A stretch of DNA of 48,615 bases from contig JAGWBE010000005.1 of assembly GCA_021296055.1 (NCBI GenBank), forward strand, positions 1-48,615, in the 5' to 3' direction. The position numbers were made by a program, and so were the translations under genes. The notes under the pieces were generated by a model that was given only the letters and a program-made list of their open reading frames with translations, made no database searches and had not been told where the DNA came from. How positions within the stretch are numbered: position 1 is the stretch's first letter; each line of letters opens with the position of its first letter. This DNA comes from Dehalococcoidia bacterium. GTDB taxonomy: Bacteria > Chloroflexota > Dehalococcoidia > Lucifugimonadales > Australimonadaceae. Positions 8,109-16,909 of the stretch are shown here, one piece after another.

Positions 8109-9701
8109 GTGCGCACGTTAGCGTGGGCGCTCGCGCTTGCGGCGGCGTGCTTGCTCGCCGGAGCGTGCGCCGCGCCCACTCCCACCCCCGAACCCACGCC
8201 GACGCCTACCTTCGCGCCTACCCCAACCGCCGACGTCGGGCCTCCCTCCGATGGCGCGCTGCGCGTAGCGGCGGTGGGCGCGGCGCCGCATCGCGATCTG
8301 CATCGGCTCGTCTCCGAGTGGGCGACACTGTTCGGGCCGGGGTTGGCGTACAGCCGCTTACTGCGGTTCGAGGCGGGGCCCAGAGCGGCGCAGCCCGGCA
8401 TGCACGTTGCGTGCGACCTGTGCCAGGCGTGGCGCGTCTCCCCGGACGGCCTGACCTACGAGTTCGACCTCCACCCGGACGCCGCGTGGGCGTCGGCGGA
8501 CGGCGCGCTCACGCGAGGCGTGACGGCGCAGGACGTCGCCTTCAGCCTCGAACGCCTACGCACGCCGGGGCTGCCGCACGCGTGGCTGCTGGCGGCCGTG
8601 GAGGACATCGAGGTGGCCAGCGATGCGGCCGTGCGCTTGCGCCTGCGCTATCCCGACGCCGACCTGCCGCAGAAGTTGGCGAGTCCCTACGCCGTCGTCA
8701 TGGCGCCGGAGGCGGTGGGCGCGGATCTGCGAACGGGGCCGGTAATCAGCTCCGGCCCGTGGCTGTTCGACCAGGGAGCGTCGGGGCAAGTGTGGCTCAC
8801 CGCGCGGGAGGATTACCACCGCCCTGGGGAGCCGTCGGTCAGCGCATTGGAGATTGTGCCCGTGCGCGACTTCGCCACGGGCGCGGCCTTCCTCAGGGCT
8901 GGACAAGTGGACGCGGCGCAGGTGAGCGCGCGCGAGTGGGCGGAACTGGCGGGCGGAGATATCCGCTCCGTCGTCGTGCGACGGCAGGGGTTCGGCGTCG
9001 CGTTCGGCATGAACGTGCGCGACGGCCCCCTTGCGGACGCGGCGGTTCGGCGCGCGCTCTTCGCTGCGCTCGACCCATGGGCGGCGTTGGGGGCGCTCGA
9101 TCGCCCCGCGTGGGTCGGCGTCGGCGTCCCCGTCATCGAGCCCGATTGGCTGCTACCCGACGAGGAGCTGCGGCGCGTCTTCCGGGGCGAGCAGGCCGGG
9201 GGCGGCGTGGCGGCGTTGACGCTCACCGTCGCCAACTTCGGCGAGGGCTATGCGGCGCACGGCGAGGCGTTGGCGGCGCAGATGCGCGACACGAGCTTCG
9301 ACGTGACGGTGGAGGTCGTGAGTCGTTCCGCCTACTTCCAACGGGTCTGGGAGGAGCGCGACTTCGAGGCGTTCGTCGGGCCGCTCCCGCCCGTGACCAC
9401 CACCGGCTCCTTCCTGCTAGGGCTAGTCCACGGCGACGGCGCGCAGAACGTGTTCGGCCACCAAGACGCAGCGCTCGACGCGCTCATCGAGGCGCAGGCG
9501 GCGGAACCGGACGCAGCGCGTCGCGGCGTCCTAGTGCGCGAGGCGCAGCAGCGCATCCTCGACGATGCCTTCCTGTTCATGCCCGCCATCGCCGCCGAGC
9601 GATGGGCCTACGGCCCCGGCGTGATCGACTTCGCGCCGAACATGCCCGCTGGCGCGGGCGACTTCTGGCGCTACGCCCGCCTCGAGGAGGCGAGCGAGTG
9701 A
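8109..9701 (+). CDS. ABC-transporter family-5 (peptide/nickel type) substrate-binding lipoprotein, no cognate permease/ATPase adjacent
   Basis: Signal peptide MRTLAWALALAAACLLAGAC followed by a Pro/Thr linker. Size and general sequence character fit the SBP_bac_5 family. Starts 4 nt after the upstream stop. Confidence 0.7.
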   Translation: MRTLAWALALAAACLLAGACAAPTPTPEPTPTPTFAPTPTADVGPPSDGALRVAAVGAAPHRDLHRLVSEWATLFGPGLAYSRLLRFEAGPRAAQPGMHVACDLCQAWRVSPDGLTYEFDLHPDAAWASADGALTRGVTAQDVAFSLERLRTPGLPHAWLLAAVEDIEVASDAAVRLRLRYPDADLPQKLASPYAVVMAPEAVGADLRTGPVISSGPWLFDQGASGQVWLTAREDYHRPGEPSVSALEIVPVRDFATGAAFLRAGQVDAAQVSAREWAELAGGDIRSVVVRRQGFGVAFGMNVRDGPLADAAVRRALFAALDPWAALGALDRPAWVGVGVPVIEPDWLLPDEELRRVFRGEQAGGGVAALTLTVANFGEGYAAHGEALAAQMRDTSFDVTVEVVSRSAYFQRVWEERDFEAFVGPLPPVTTTGSFLLGLVHGDGAQNVFGHQDAALDALIEAQAAEPDAARRGVLVREAQQRILDDAFLFMPAIAAERWAYGPGVIDFAPNMPAGAGDFWRYARLEEASE

Positions 9702-10255
9702 ACGCGCCGCTGAGCTTCGAGACGCGTGAAGTGGGCGCGCAGACGTGGCCCGACCTCGAGCGCCTGTTCGAGGCGCGCGGCGGCCCCAGATGGTGCTGGT
9801 GCTCCGTCTTCCGCAGAGACGCAACAGGCCGCAGGCCAAAAGACAGAGAGGGGCAGAAAGCGCTGCTGGAGGGCATGGCGCGCAGAGACGTCCCCGTCGG
9901 CCTCCTCGCCTACTACGGCGGCGAGCCGGTCGCCTGGTGTTCCGTCGCCCCCCGCGAGACCTTCGCCCCCCTAGGAGGCATAGACAACCCCGGCGAGCCG
10001 CCCGGCGCCGTCTGGTCGATCACCTGCTTCTATGTGCGCAGCGCCTACACTCGCCGCGGCATGATGCGCACCCTCATCGACGCCGCCACCGCCTACGCCG
10101 CCCGCAACGGCGCGCAGACCGTCGAGGCCTACCCCGTTCCGCCCGACGCGCCGAGCTACCGCTTCATGGGCTTCACCCCTGCCTTCGCCCAAGCAGGGTT
10201 CGTGGAGGCAGGCCGCGCGGGCAAGCGCCGCATCGTCATGCGCCGGCGAGTGTAG
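9698..10255 (+). CDS. GNAT family N-acetyltransferase
   Basis: GTGA start/stop overlap with the SBP gene. ...GGPRWCWCSVFRR... and RRGMMRTLIDAATAYAARNGAQTVEAYP (acetyl-CoA pocket-like). This is the in-frame tail of the artefactual 710-aa track ORF. Confidence 0.75.
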   Translation: MNAPLSFETREVGAQTWPDLERLFEARGGPRWCWCSVFRRDATGRRPKDREGQKALLEGMARRDVPVGLLAYYGGEPVAWCSVAPRETFAPLGGIDNPGEPPGAVWSITCFYVRSAYTRRGMMRTLIDAATAYAARNGAQTVEAYPVPPDAPSYRFMGFTPAFAQAGFVEAGRAGKRRIVMRRRV

Positions 10256-10308
10256 GGGGCATGCGCGCGTTGACGGACGCGGCGAGGCAGCGCAGCGCCG
10301 CCCCCGCG

Positions 10309-10337
10309 TTGACGCTGCCCCGACAAACGCGTAGACT
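10309..10337 (+). promoter_or_regulatory. sigma70-like promoter of trxA
   Basis: TTGACG (10309-10314), 17 nt, TAGACT (10332-10337). GGAGG SD lies 5 nt before the ATG at 10407. Confidence 0.55.
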
Positions 10338-10406
10338 GAACCTGCGCGTCCGACGCAGGGCGCCGCGAATCGACAGGGCCACAGACGCGCCCTCAGGGAG
10401 GCAACC

Positions 10407-10736
10407 ATGGCGAAGCCCTTTGCCGTAACGGACAGCGACTTCCAAGGCCAGGTGCTCGACGCATCCCAGCCCGTGCTGGTCGACTTCTGGGCCGACTGGT
10501 GCGGTCCCTGCAAGATGATCGCCCCTGTCATCGAGGAGCTCTCGGAGGAGTACGACGGCAAGATCACCTTCGCCAAGGTGGACGTGGACGCCAATCCCAA
10601 GACCGCCATGGACTTCGGCATCCGCAGCATCCCGACACTCCTCGTCATCAAGGACGGCAAGGTCGCCGACCAGGTGGTCGGCGCAGTGCCCAAGACGGTG
10701 CTGAAGAAGGCGCTCGACCAGGCGCTCAGCGGCTAA
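10407..10736 (+). CDS. trxA: thioredoxin
   Basis: 109 aa with VLVDFWADWCGPCKMIAP active site and a full-length thioredoxin fold pattern. Confidence 0.95.
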   Translation: MAKPFAVTDSDFQGQVLDASQPVLVDFWADWCGPCKMIAPVIEELSEEYDGKITFAKVDVDANPKTAMDFGIRSIPTLLVIKDGKVADQVVGAVPKTVLKKALDQALSG

Positions 10737-10772
10737 GGGCGGAGCGCCCGCCGTCAGAGAGTCGATGATGAA

Positions 10773-10812
10773 CGGCGCCCCGGCCCTTCCTGCCGGGGCG
10801 TCGCCGCGTTTT
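10773..10812 (+). terminator. intrinsic terminator after trxA
   Basis: CGGCGCCCCGGC-CCTTCCT-GCCGGGGCGTCG 12-bp stem (one G.T), followed within 5 nt by TTTT. Confidence 0.6.
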
Positions 10813-10814
10813 AC

Positions 10815-10911
10815 GGGAGTGGATAGGTCCCGGTGGGCCTCCCGGTCTTCAAAACCGTTGCCGGGCCAGATTCCTGGTTCGGGGTGGGTTCGACTCCCAC
10901 GCACTCCCGCC
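10815..10911 (+). tRNA. selC: tRNA-Sec (anticodon UCA), selC
   Basis: Acceptor GGGAGTG(G)/(G)CACTCCC; 6-bp D-stem AGGTCC/GGGCCT with 4-nt loop CGGT. Anticodon loop CTTCAAA. Long variable arm CCGGGCCAG-ATTC-CTGGTTCGG. T-arm GTGGG-TTCGACT-CCCAC, discriminator G then CC. Near-collinear with E. coli selC as recalled. Confidence 0.9.
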
Positions 10912-10949
10912 GCAGTTAAAGAGCGCCTCGCCGCCAACTTATCCGCTGC

Positions 10950-13900
10950 CTACCGCCCTGCCGCCCCTGCTAGCTCCGCCGCGTGGCGTTGAAAAGCGGC
11001 CAGGGCCTCCAACGCCTCCAGGAGGGTTTGGCCCCACGGCTGCCTCAGCGCGCCCTCGCCCTGCAGGCGAATCTGCTGGTGGCCGACGTTCGCGCCGTTG
11101 CCCAGCGCCCGCTCCAACGCGAGGCGCGCGCCGCCCACCGGGTGGGGCAACTTCAGGGTGATTTCGCCGTTGCGGCGCGTCACCGCCTCCACGCCCGCTT
11201 GGCGCGCAAGGACGGAGACGCGGAGGCCGAATAGCAGGTTGTGCACCTCGTCGGGGAGGCGGCGGCCAAAGCGGTCGCGCAGCTCCTGCGCCGCGTCATT
11301 CACGTCGGCGACGGTGCGCGCCTTGGCCATGCGCTGGTAGACGGACATGCGGGCGGGCAGATGCTCGATGAGAGCGTCGGGGATGGCGGCGGGGACATCG
11401 AGGTCGATGACGGGGTCGGTGGCCGGAGCGGGCGAGGGCGCGCCGCCCTGCTCGCGGCGCAGGTCTTGGACTGCCTCCGCGAGCAGGCGCGTGTAGAGGT
11501 CGAAGCCGACGGCGTGGACGTGGCCGCTCTGCTCCGCGCCGAGGATGTTGCCCGCGCCGCGTATCTCGAGGTCGCGCATGGCGATGCGGAACCCCGCGCC
11601 CAGCTCCGTCGCCGACGCGACGGTCTGGAGGCGGCGCTGGGCTGCCTCGGTCAGACGGCGGCCGGATTGAACGAGCAGGTAGGCATAGCCGCGTTGGGCG
11701 CGCCTCCCGATGCGCCCGCGCAGTTGGTAGAGCTGGGCGAGGCCGAAGCGGTCGGCGCGATCGACGATGAGCGTGTTCACCGTGGGGATGTCGAGGCCGG
11801 ATTCGATGATGGTGGTGCAGACGAGAACGTCGGCCTCTCCCGCGCCGAAACGCTCCATCGCGTCGGCGAGGCGGCCTTCGTGCATCTGTCCGTGGCCGAC
11901 TATGACGCGCGCTTCGGGGACGAGGTCGGCGACGCGCCCGGCGGCGAGGTCAATCGTGTTGACGCGGTTGTGGAGGTAGTAGACCTGGCCGCCGCGGTCG
12001 AGTTCGCGGCGGATGGCGTCGCGCACCAGGTCGTCCGACGCCTCCGCCAGGTAGGTCTTGATAGGGAGGCGCTCCTCGGGAGCGGTCTCGATGTTGGAGA
12101 CGTCGCGCACCCCGGCCAGGGCCATGTGCAGCGTGCGCGGGATAGGCGTGGCGGTCATCGTGAGGATGTCCACCTCGCTGCGCAGCTCCTTGAGGCGCTC
12201 CTTGTGGTCGACGCCGAAGCGGTGCTCCTCGTCCACGATGACTAGGCCTAGGTCGTTGAAGCCCACGTCCTTCTGGATGAGGCGGTGCGTGCCGATGACC
12301 ACGTCCACCGCGCCGCGCTTGAGAGCAGCGACGACCTGCCCTTGCTCGGCGTGGGTGCGGAAGCGGCTGAGCAGCTCGACGCGGATGGGGTAGGGCTCGA
12401 GGCGTTCGGAGAAGGTCTGGTAGTGCTGCTGGGCGAGGACGGTGGTGGGAACAAGAACGGCGGCCTGCTTGCCGTCCATCACCGTCTTGAAGGCCGCCCG
12501 CAGCGCCACCTCCGTCTTGCCGTAGCCCACGTCGCCGCAAACCAGGCGGTCCATCGGCTTGAACGCCTCCATGTCCTCCTTCACGTCGACGATGGCCGCA
12601 TGCTGGCCGGGCGTCTCCGTGTAAGGAAAGGCGTCCTCCATCTCGCGCTGCCAGGGCGTGTCGGGCGGGTATGCGTGGCCCGGCGCGGCCTCGCGGCGCG
12701 CGTGGATGGCCAGCAGATCGACGGCGAGGCGGCGAGTGGATTCGCGCGCGCGGGAGACGGCGCGGCTCCACTCCTGCGTGCCCAGCCTCGTCAGCGACGG
12801 CGGCGCGTCGCTCCCCCCTGCGTAGAGCGACACGCGGTCGAGGTGCTCCATAGGCACGTAGAGGCGATCCCCCTCGGCGTATTCAAGCACGAGGTACTCG
12901 CGGCCCGCGCCGCCGTTCTCCATCGGGCGCGTGCCCGCAAAGCGGCCGATGCCGTGGTCTACGTGCGCCACCAACTGGCCCGGCGACAACTCCTCCACCA
13001 GCAGATTGCGGGAGGGAGCGGAGCGACGGCGCGGACGGGCGGGCCGGCGCTTGGCCGCGCCGAACAGGTCAGCGTCGCCGAGCAACGTCAGCAACACGGG
13101 CGCGCCGTCGCCCACGCTCTCACGCAGCCGCCAGCCGCCCGGCACGGCGGCGTGGACAACCTCGACCAAGCCCGCCTCGGGCGGATGGGGCGCCTCGTGC
13201 GATTCGCGCGCGGCCACGTCCGCGTCGCGCAGCACCTCGTGGACACGCTGCGAGTGCTGGGTGACGACGGCGGCGGGAGGCGCTCCGCTTGCGCCGAGCG
13301 CCTCCGCCAGGCGGTCTAATGCGCCTTGAAAGGACGGCGGCGCGTCGAACGGCAGCGCCACCGCTCCGTCGGCGTCCGCCGCGTGGTAGCGAGTGAGGTC
13401 GAGGGCGGGCATCCGCTCCAGTTGCGCGCCGAGGGCGGGCCATTCGGCGTAGGAGAAGGGGAAGCCGACGGGAAGTTCGCCGCGCTCCTGCTTGTCGAGG
13501 CGCTGCTGGCTGGCCCCCGCCTCCCAGTGGGACGCGGCCTCGACCACCTCCCCATGCTCATCGACCACGACTAGAGGCGGCGCGCCGTCGGGAAGTGCGA
13601 CGAGGTGATCGAGCAGCGTGTCGCTGTTGAAGAGGCCCGCGAAGAACGACGCGCTTTCGGTGGACAGCCCGGCCATCAACTGAGCGAGGTCGTCCTGAAT
13701 GCGGTCGCGCTCCGCCGTCCTCATCGCGGTGTAATCTAAGGAACGCAGCGTCTCCGCAAGCATCCCCTCCTCCGCGAACGCAGGCAGCGCCTCCCACGCG
13801 GGCAGCACGCGAACTCCGTCCGCAGCGGCGGCGGAGCGCTGCGTCGCCGGGTCGAACCAACGGATGGATTCGATCCGGTCGCCCCACAGATCGAGGCGGG

Positions 13901-14486
13901 CGGGCAGCTCCATCCCCGGCGAGTAGACGTCCACCACCCCGCCCCGCCGCGCCACTTGACCGGGCGCCTCGACGGACGGCGCGAGGTCGTAGCCCAGGCG
14001 CGTCCAACGCTCCAGCGCCGCGCCGACGGCAAAGCGGTCGCCGGGGCGCAGCGTCTCCGTCAGGCGCGCGAGCAGCTCGGCGCTCAACGTCTTCTGCATC
14101 ACCGCAAGCGCCGAGGCGACGATGAGCGGCGGGCGTTCCGGGTCGGCGCTCTGTAGCGCGCCGAGCGCGCTGATGCGCGGGTGAAGCATGGAAGGGTCGA
14201 GGGCGATGCGCTCGTAGGGCAGCGCGTCCGATTCGAGGAAGTGGTGGATGGGCGCGTCCGCGCCGCAGTAGACCTCCAGGTGCTCGGCCCAGGCGCGCGC
14301 GTCTTCGGGACGCGGACAGAGCAGGAGCACAGGGCGGCGCAGGTCGCGCCACAGCGCCGCGGCGAGGTAGGGCTTAGTCGCGTCGGGGAGCGCGGCGCGC
14401 GGGCGGGCGCCGGCGCGGACGGCGTCGAGCAGGCCGTCGTAGGCGGGGACGCGGCGGAGTAAGGGGAGGAGTCCTTGCAGGCTCAT
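10950..14486 (-). CDS. mfd: transcription-repair coupling factor
   Basis: 1178 aa. CGDVGYGKTEVALRAAF (helicase motif I), VDEEHRFGV (motif II), RGRIGR, and a UvrB-homology N-terminus. Confidence 0.95.
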   Translation of the reverse strand: MSLQGLLPLLRRVPAYDGLLDAVRAGARPRAALPDATKPYLAAALWRDLRRPVLLLCPRPEDARAWAEHLEVYCGADAPIHHFLESDALPYERIALDPSMLHPRISALGALQSADPERPPLIVASALAVMQKTLSAELLARLTETLRPGDRFAVGAALERWTRLGYDLAPSVEAPGQVARRGGVVDVYSPGMELPARLDLWGDRIESIRWFDPATQRSAAAADGVRVLPAWEALPAFAEEGMLAETLRSLDYTAMRTAERDRIQDDLAQLMAGLSTESASFFAGLFNSDTLLDHLVALPDGAPPLVVVDEHGEVVEAASHWEAGASQQRLDKQERGELPVGFPFSYAEWPALGAQLERMPALDLTRYHAADADGAVALPFDAPPSFQGALDRLAEALGASGAPPAAVVTQHSQRVHEVLRDADVAARESHEAPHPPEAGLVEVVHAAVPGGWRLRESVGDGAPVLLTLLGDADLFGAAKRRPARPRRRSAPSRNLLVEELSPGQLVAHVDHGIGRFAGTRPMENGGAGREYLVLEYAEGDRLYVPMEHLDRVSLYAGGSDAPPSLTRLGTQEWSRAVSRARESTRRLAVDLLAIHARREAAPGHAYPPDTPWQREMEDAFPYTETPGQHAAIVDVKEDMEAFKPMDRLVCGDVGYGKTEVALRAAFKTVMDGKQAAVLVPTTVLAQQHYQTFSERLEPYPIRVELLSRFRTHAEQGQVVAALKRGAVDVVIGTHRLIQKDVGFNDLGLVIVDEEHRFGVDHKERLKELRSEVDILTMTATPIPRTLHMALAGVRDVSNIETAPEERLPIKTYLAEASDDLVRDAIRRELDRGGQVYYLHNRVNTIDLAAGRVADLVPEARVIVGHGQMHEGRLADAMERFGAGEADVLVCTTIIESGLDIPTVNTLIVDRADRFGLAQLYQLRGRIGRRAQRGYAYLLVQSGRRLTEAAQRRLQTVASATELGAGFRIAMRDLEIRGAGNILGAEQSGHVHAVGFDLYTRLLAEAVQDLRREQGGAPSPAPATDPVIDLDVPAAIPDALIEHLPARMSVYQRMAKARTVADVNDAAQELRDRFGRRLPDEVHNLLFGLRVSVLARQAGVEAVTRRNGEITLKLPHPVGGARLALERALGNGANVGHQQIRLQGEGALRQPWGQTLLEALEALAAFQRHAAELAGAAGR

Positions 14487-14675
14487 AAGTCGCGGCGGCC
14501 TGCGCAGCGCTCACCGGCGCGGCTGCCGCCAACGCCGAAATGGCCGCTGCGCAGCGGCCTAGCCCCATTGTAGCCGATGGCGGGGCGAGCGGCGGCGCGC
14601 CCACGCCTATACTCCCAAGCAATCGGCGTATCCGGCCGGGCGCCCCAGAGCAAAACCGCCGGATGGAGGACTCCC

Positions 14676-15158
14676 TTGAAGAAACTGTTTGCCGTGATCG
14701 CGATGATACTGGCTCCCGCCCTGGCGGCGGGCTGCGGCGAATCGAACGACGCCGAGAGGGAGGAAGCCGCCTCCGACCATATGGCGGCCCAAGCGATGCT
14801 GACCGCCCACTACGTCGCGGCGGCACGGCAGGCGGGCACGCCCGACGCGGAGATCAACGCCGTCCTAGCGCAGGTGGCGTCCGAGACCATCATCTCCGAG
14901 TTCTGAATCACTGACGAGCAGGGCCGCGTCGTCTACACCAACATCCCGGGGACGGAGTTCGCCTTCCCCACCGACCCGAACGCGAACAGCCAAGCCGCCC
15001 CCTTCGCGGCGCTGCTCACCGGGCAGGCGCGCGTCGTCGCCCAGGGCGTGAGGCCCCGCGAACTGGACGACAAGGAGTTCAAGTACGTCGGGGCGGCGGG
15101 CGTCGACCAGCCACGCATCGTTCAGGTCGGCATAGCGGGGGAGGCGCTGCGGGAGTAG
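14676..15158 (+). pseudogene. secreted lipoprotein with sensor (Cache-like) character, interrupted by in-frame TGA at 14904-14906 (nonsense mutation, sequencing error or recoding)
   Basis: TTG 14676 with GGAGGA 5 nt upstream. LKKLFAVIAMILAPALAAGC is a signal peptide with a lipobox-like end. After TGA the same frame runs 83 more codons to TAG 15156-15158 with GC3-rich codons and no restart codon. Confidence 0.6.
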
Positions 15159-15239
15159 GCGCAGGCGGCGCGAATCTGCCCGCGTCCGCCAACGCGCCTC
15201 GTTCGCCCTTCGATTTCCCTCAGGGCGAATGGCGCGCGG

Positions 15240-15644
15240 CTAAGAGCCGCGTGCCGTGAGGTGGCTTACGTCGAATTTCATCTTCTTGGCGAACGACTCC
15301 GACGCGGGCTCGTCGATGCCCCAGCTGAACACCTTGGCCGGCTCGAGGATGAAGTACTCGCTGCCGTCCCATATCTTGCCGGTGGCGACCGCCTTGCCGC
15401 GGATCTCGACGCCGTGGATCGCGCCGTCGTCGTCGCGCGTGTCCCACACGCAGGCGATCCACGGGTTCCTGTCGATGAGCCTGCGCTTGTAGGAGATGTC
15501 GAACTCATAGCCGCCCACGACGATGTTGTCGCCGTCCATCCGCGTGATCATCGGCACGACGTGCGGGCGCCCGCCGGGCGTGGACACGGCCAGGCGGTAG
15601 AGCGGCGTGTTCTTGACGTATTCCAGTTCGCCGGGGGTCAGCAT
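15240..15644 (-). CDS. pyridoxamine 5'-phosphate oxidase (PPOX/split-barrel flavin-binding) family protein
   Basis: 134 aa. ...YRLAVSTPGGRPHVVPM...VGGYEF... has the pattern of PNPOx-like split beta-barrel proteins. Confidence 0.65.
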   Translation of the reverse strand: MLTPGELEYVKNTPLYRLAVSTPGGRPHVVPMITRMDGDNIVVGGYEFDISYKRRLIDRNPWIACVWDTRDDDGAIHGVEIRGKAVATGKIWDGSEYFILEPAKVFSWGIDEPASESFAKKMKFDVSHLTARGS

Positions 15645-15675
15645 CAGGCTCCTCCTTGACCGCGCAAGCCTAGCC

Positions 15676-16848
15676 TCAGAACACCAACTCGTCCAGCGTC
15701 ACCTCGAGCTCGAGGGTGACGGCGGCGCGGATGACGCGCAGCGTAACCGTATTGCCGACGCGGTAGCGGTAAAGCATCAGGCGGCGCAGGTCGGTGAACT
15801 TGGCGATGGGCGCGTCGTCCACCGCCACGATGACGTCGCCCACCTCGACGCCCGCCGCCTGCGCGGGACCGCCGTCGGCCAGGCCAAGCACGAGGAGGCC
15901 CCTATCGACGGAGAGGCCGTGTTCGGCGGCGACGACCGGATCTACGTCGTCGATGCTCACGCCGATGCGCGGCCAGATGACGCGCCCCTCTTCGATGATG
16001 CGCTGCGCCACGGGTATCACCGTGGTCGCGGCGACGGCGAAGCCGATGCCCTCCGCCTCCTGCCCGCTGGCCAGTTGGCCCCGGATGATTGCCGTGTTGA
16101 TGCCCAGCACCTGCCCGTCCAGGTTCAGCAGCGGCCCGCCGCTGTTGCCGGGGTTAATCACGGCGTCCGTCTGAATCAGGTCTTGCAGCCGCACCCTGTC
16201 GCTTATCTGCAGCGAACGGTCCTTGGCGCTGATGACCCCGACGGTGACGGATCCCTCGAAGCCGAGCGGGTTGCCGATGGCGACCACCCACTCGCCAACG
16301 CGCGCAGCGTCCGAGTCACCAATCGCCGTAACCACCAAGCTGTCGTTCACGAACGCGGAGTCCATCCGCAGCACCGCCAGATCCGTCGCCGTATCGCTGC
16401 CGACCACCTCCACGTTGACCGGCTGACCGTTGCTGAACACCACGTCCACCTTCACCGCGTCCTCGATGACGTGGTGATTGGTGAGGATGTAGCCGCGCGC
16501 GTCGAAGATGACGCCGGAGCCGTGCGATATGCCCGCGCTCGCGCGGCCCGAGGCGTCGGTCGTCTCCAGCGTCGAGCGAACCAGCACCACGCTCGGCGCC
16601 ACGGCCTCGACGACGGAGGCCACATCGGGCAGGCCATGCAATGTCGGCGCCCTGCCCGCCGCGGGAGTGGGCGTCGCCTCCGCAGCAGGGTCGGCGGCGG
16701 GAGTGGCTTGAGGCGCGGGCTGCTCGGTGGGGGTCGGGGTAGGCGGCGGAGCGCCGGGGGCGGGCGCGCTCACCAGCACACACGCGGAGGCCGCCGCCGC
16801 AAGCGGCAGGAGGAGCGCCGCAAGGATTGACCGACCCCTCATAGCCAA
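15676..16848 (-). CDS. HtrA/DegP-family trypsin-like serine protease with C-terminal PDZ domain
   Basis: Signal peptide followed by a Pro/Thr-rich linker. TNHHVIE (His), DLAVLR (Asp), GNSGGPLLN (Ser). PDZ-like GGPAQAAGVEVGDVIVAVDD. Confidence 0.9.
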   Translation of the reverse strand: MAMRGRSILAALLLPLAAAASACVLVSAPAPGAPPPTPTPTEQPAPQATPAADPAAEATPTPAAGRAPTLHGLPDVASVVEAVAPSVVLVRSTLETTDASGRASAGISHGSGVIFDARGYILTNHHVIEDAVKVDVVFSNGQPVNVEVVGSDTATDLAVLRMDSAFVNDSLVVTAIGDSDAARVGEWVVAIGNPLGFEGSVTVGVISAKDRSLQISDRVRLQDLIQTDAVINPGNSGGPLLNLDGQVLGINTAIIRGQLASGQEAEGIGFAVAATTVIPVAQRIIEEGRVIWPRIGVSIDDVDPVVAAEHGLSVDRGLLVLGLADGGPAQAAGVEVGDVIVAVDDAPIAKFTDLRRLMLYRYRVGNTVTLRVIRAAVTLELEVTLDELVF

Positions 16849-16909
16849 ACAAGCCTATCACCCAACGTTGAAGATTCCGTCAAGGCCGCGCGGCTATGAT
16901 GCGCGCCCA

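Noticed and set aside
8123-10255. 710-aa ORF, the longest plus-strand ORF in this region of the track
   Set aside because: It is Arg/Gly/Pro-rich low-complexity sequence running off-frame over the well-supported SBP gene (8109-9701). Only its last 185 codons (GNAT, 9698-10255) look like protein. This is a typical high-GC frame artefact.
10765-10992. 75-aa ORF between trxA and mfd
   Set aside because: It overlaps the trxA terminator and the whole tRNA-Sec gene and has no SD. The RNA gene explains the sequence.
14904-14906. Genome-wide reassignment of TGA (code 4/25) as explanation for the in-frame TGA at a Trp-like position
   Set aside because: TGA terminates several genes at their expected lengths (trpE 2142, nitroreductase 3765, 584-aa gene 4280, nadD 26545, plsC 31060), so the standard bacterial code applies.
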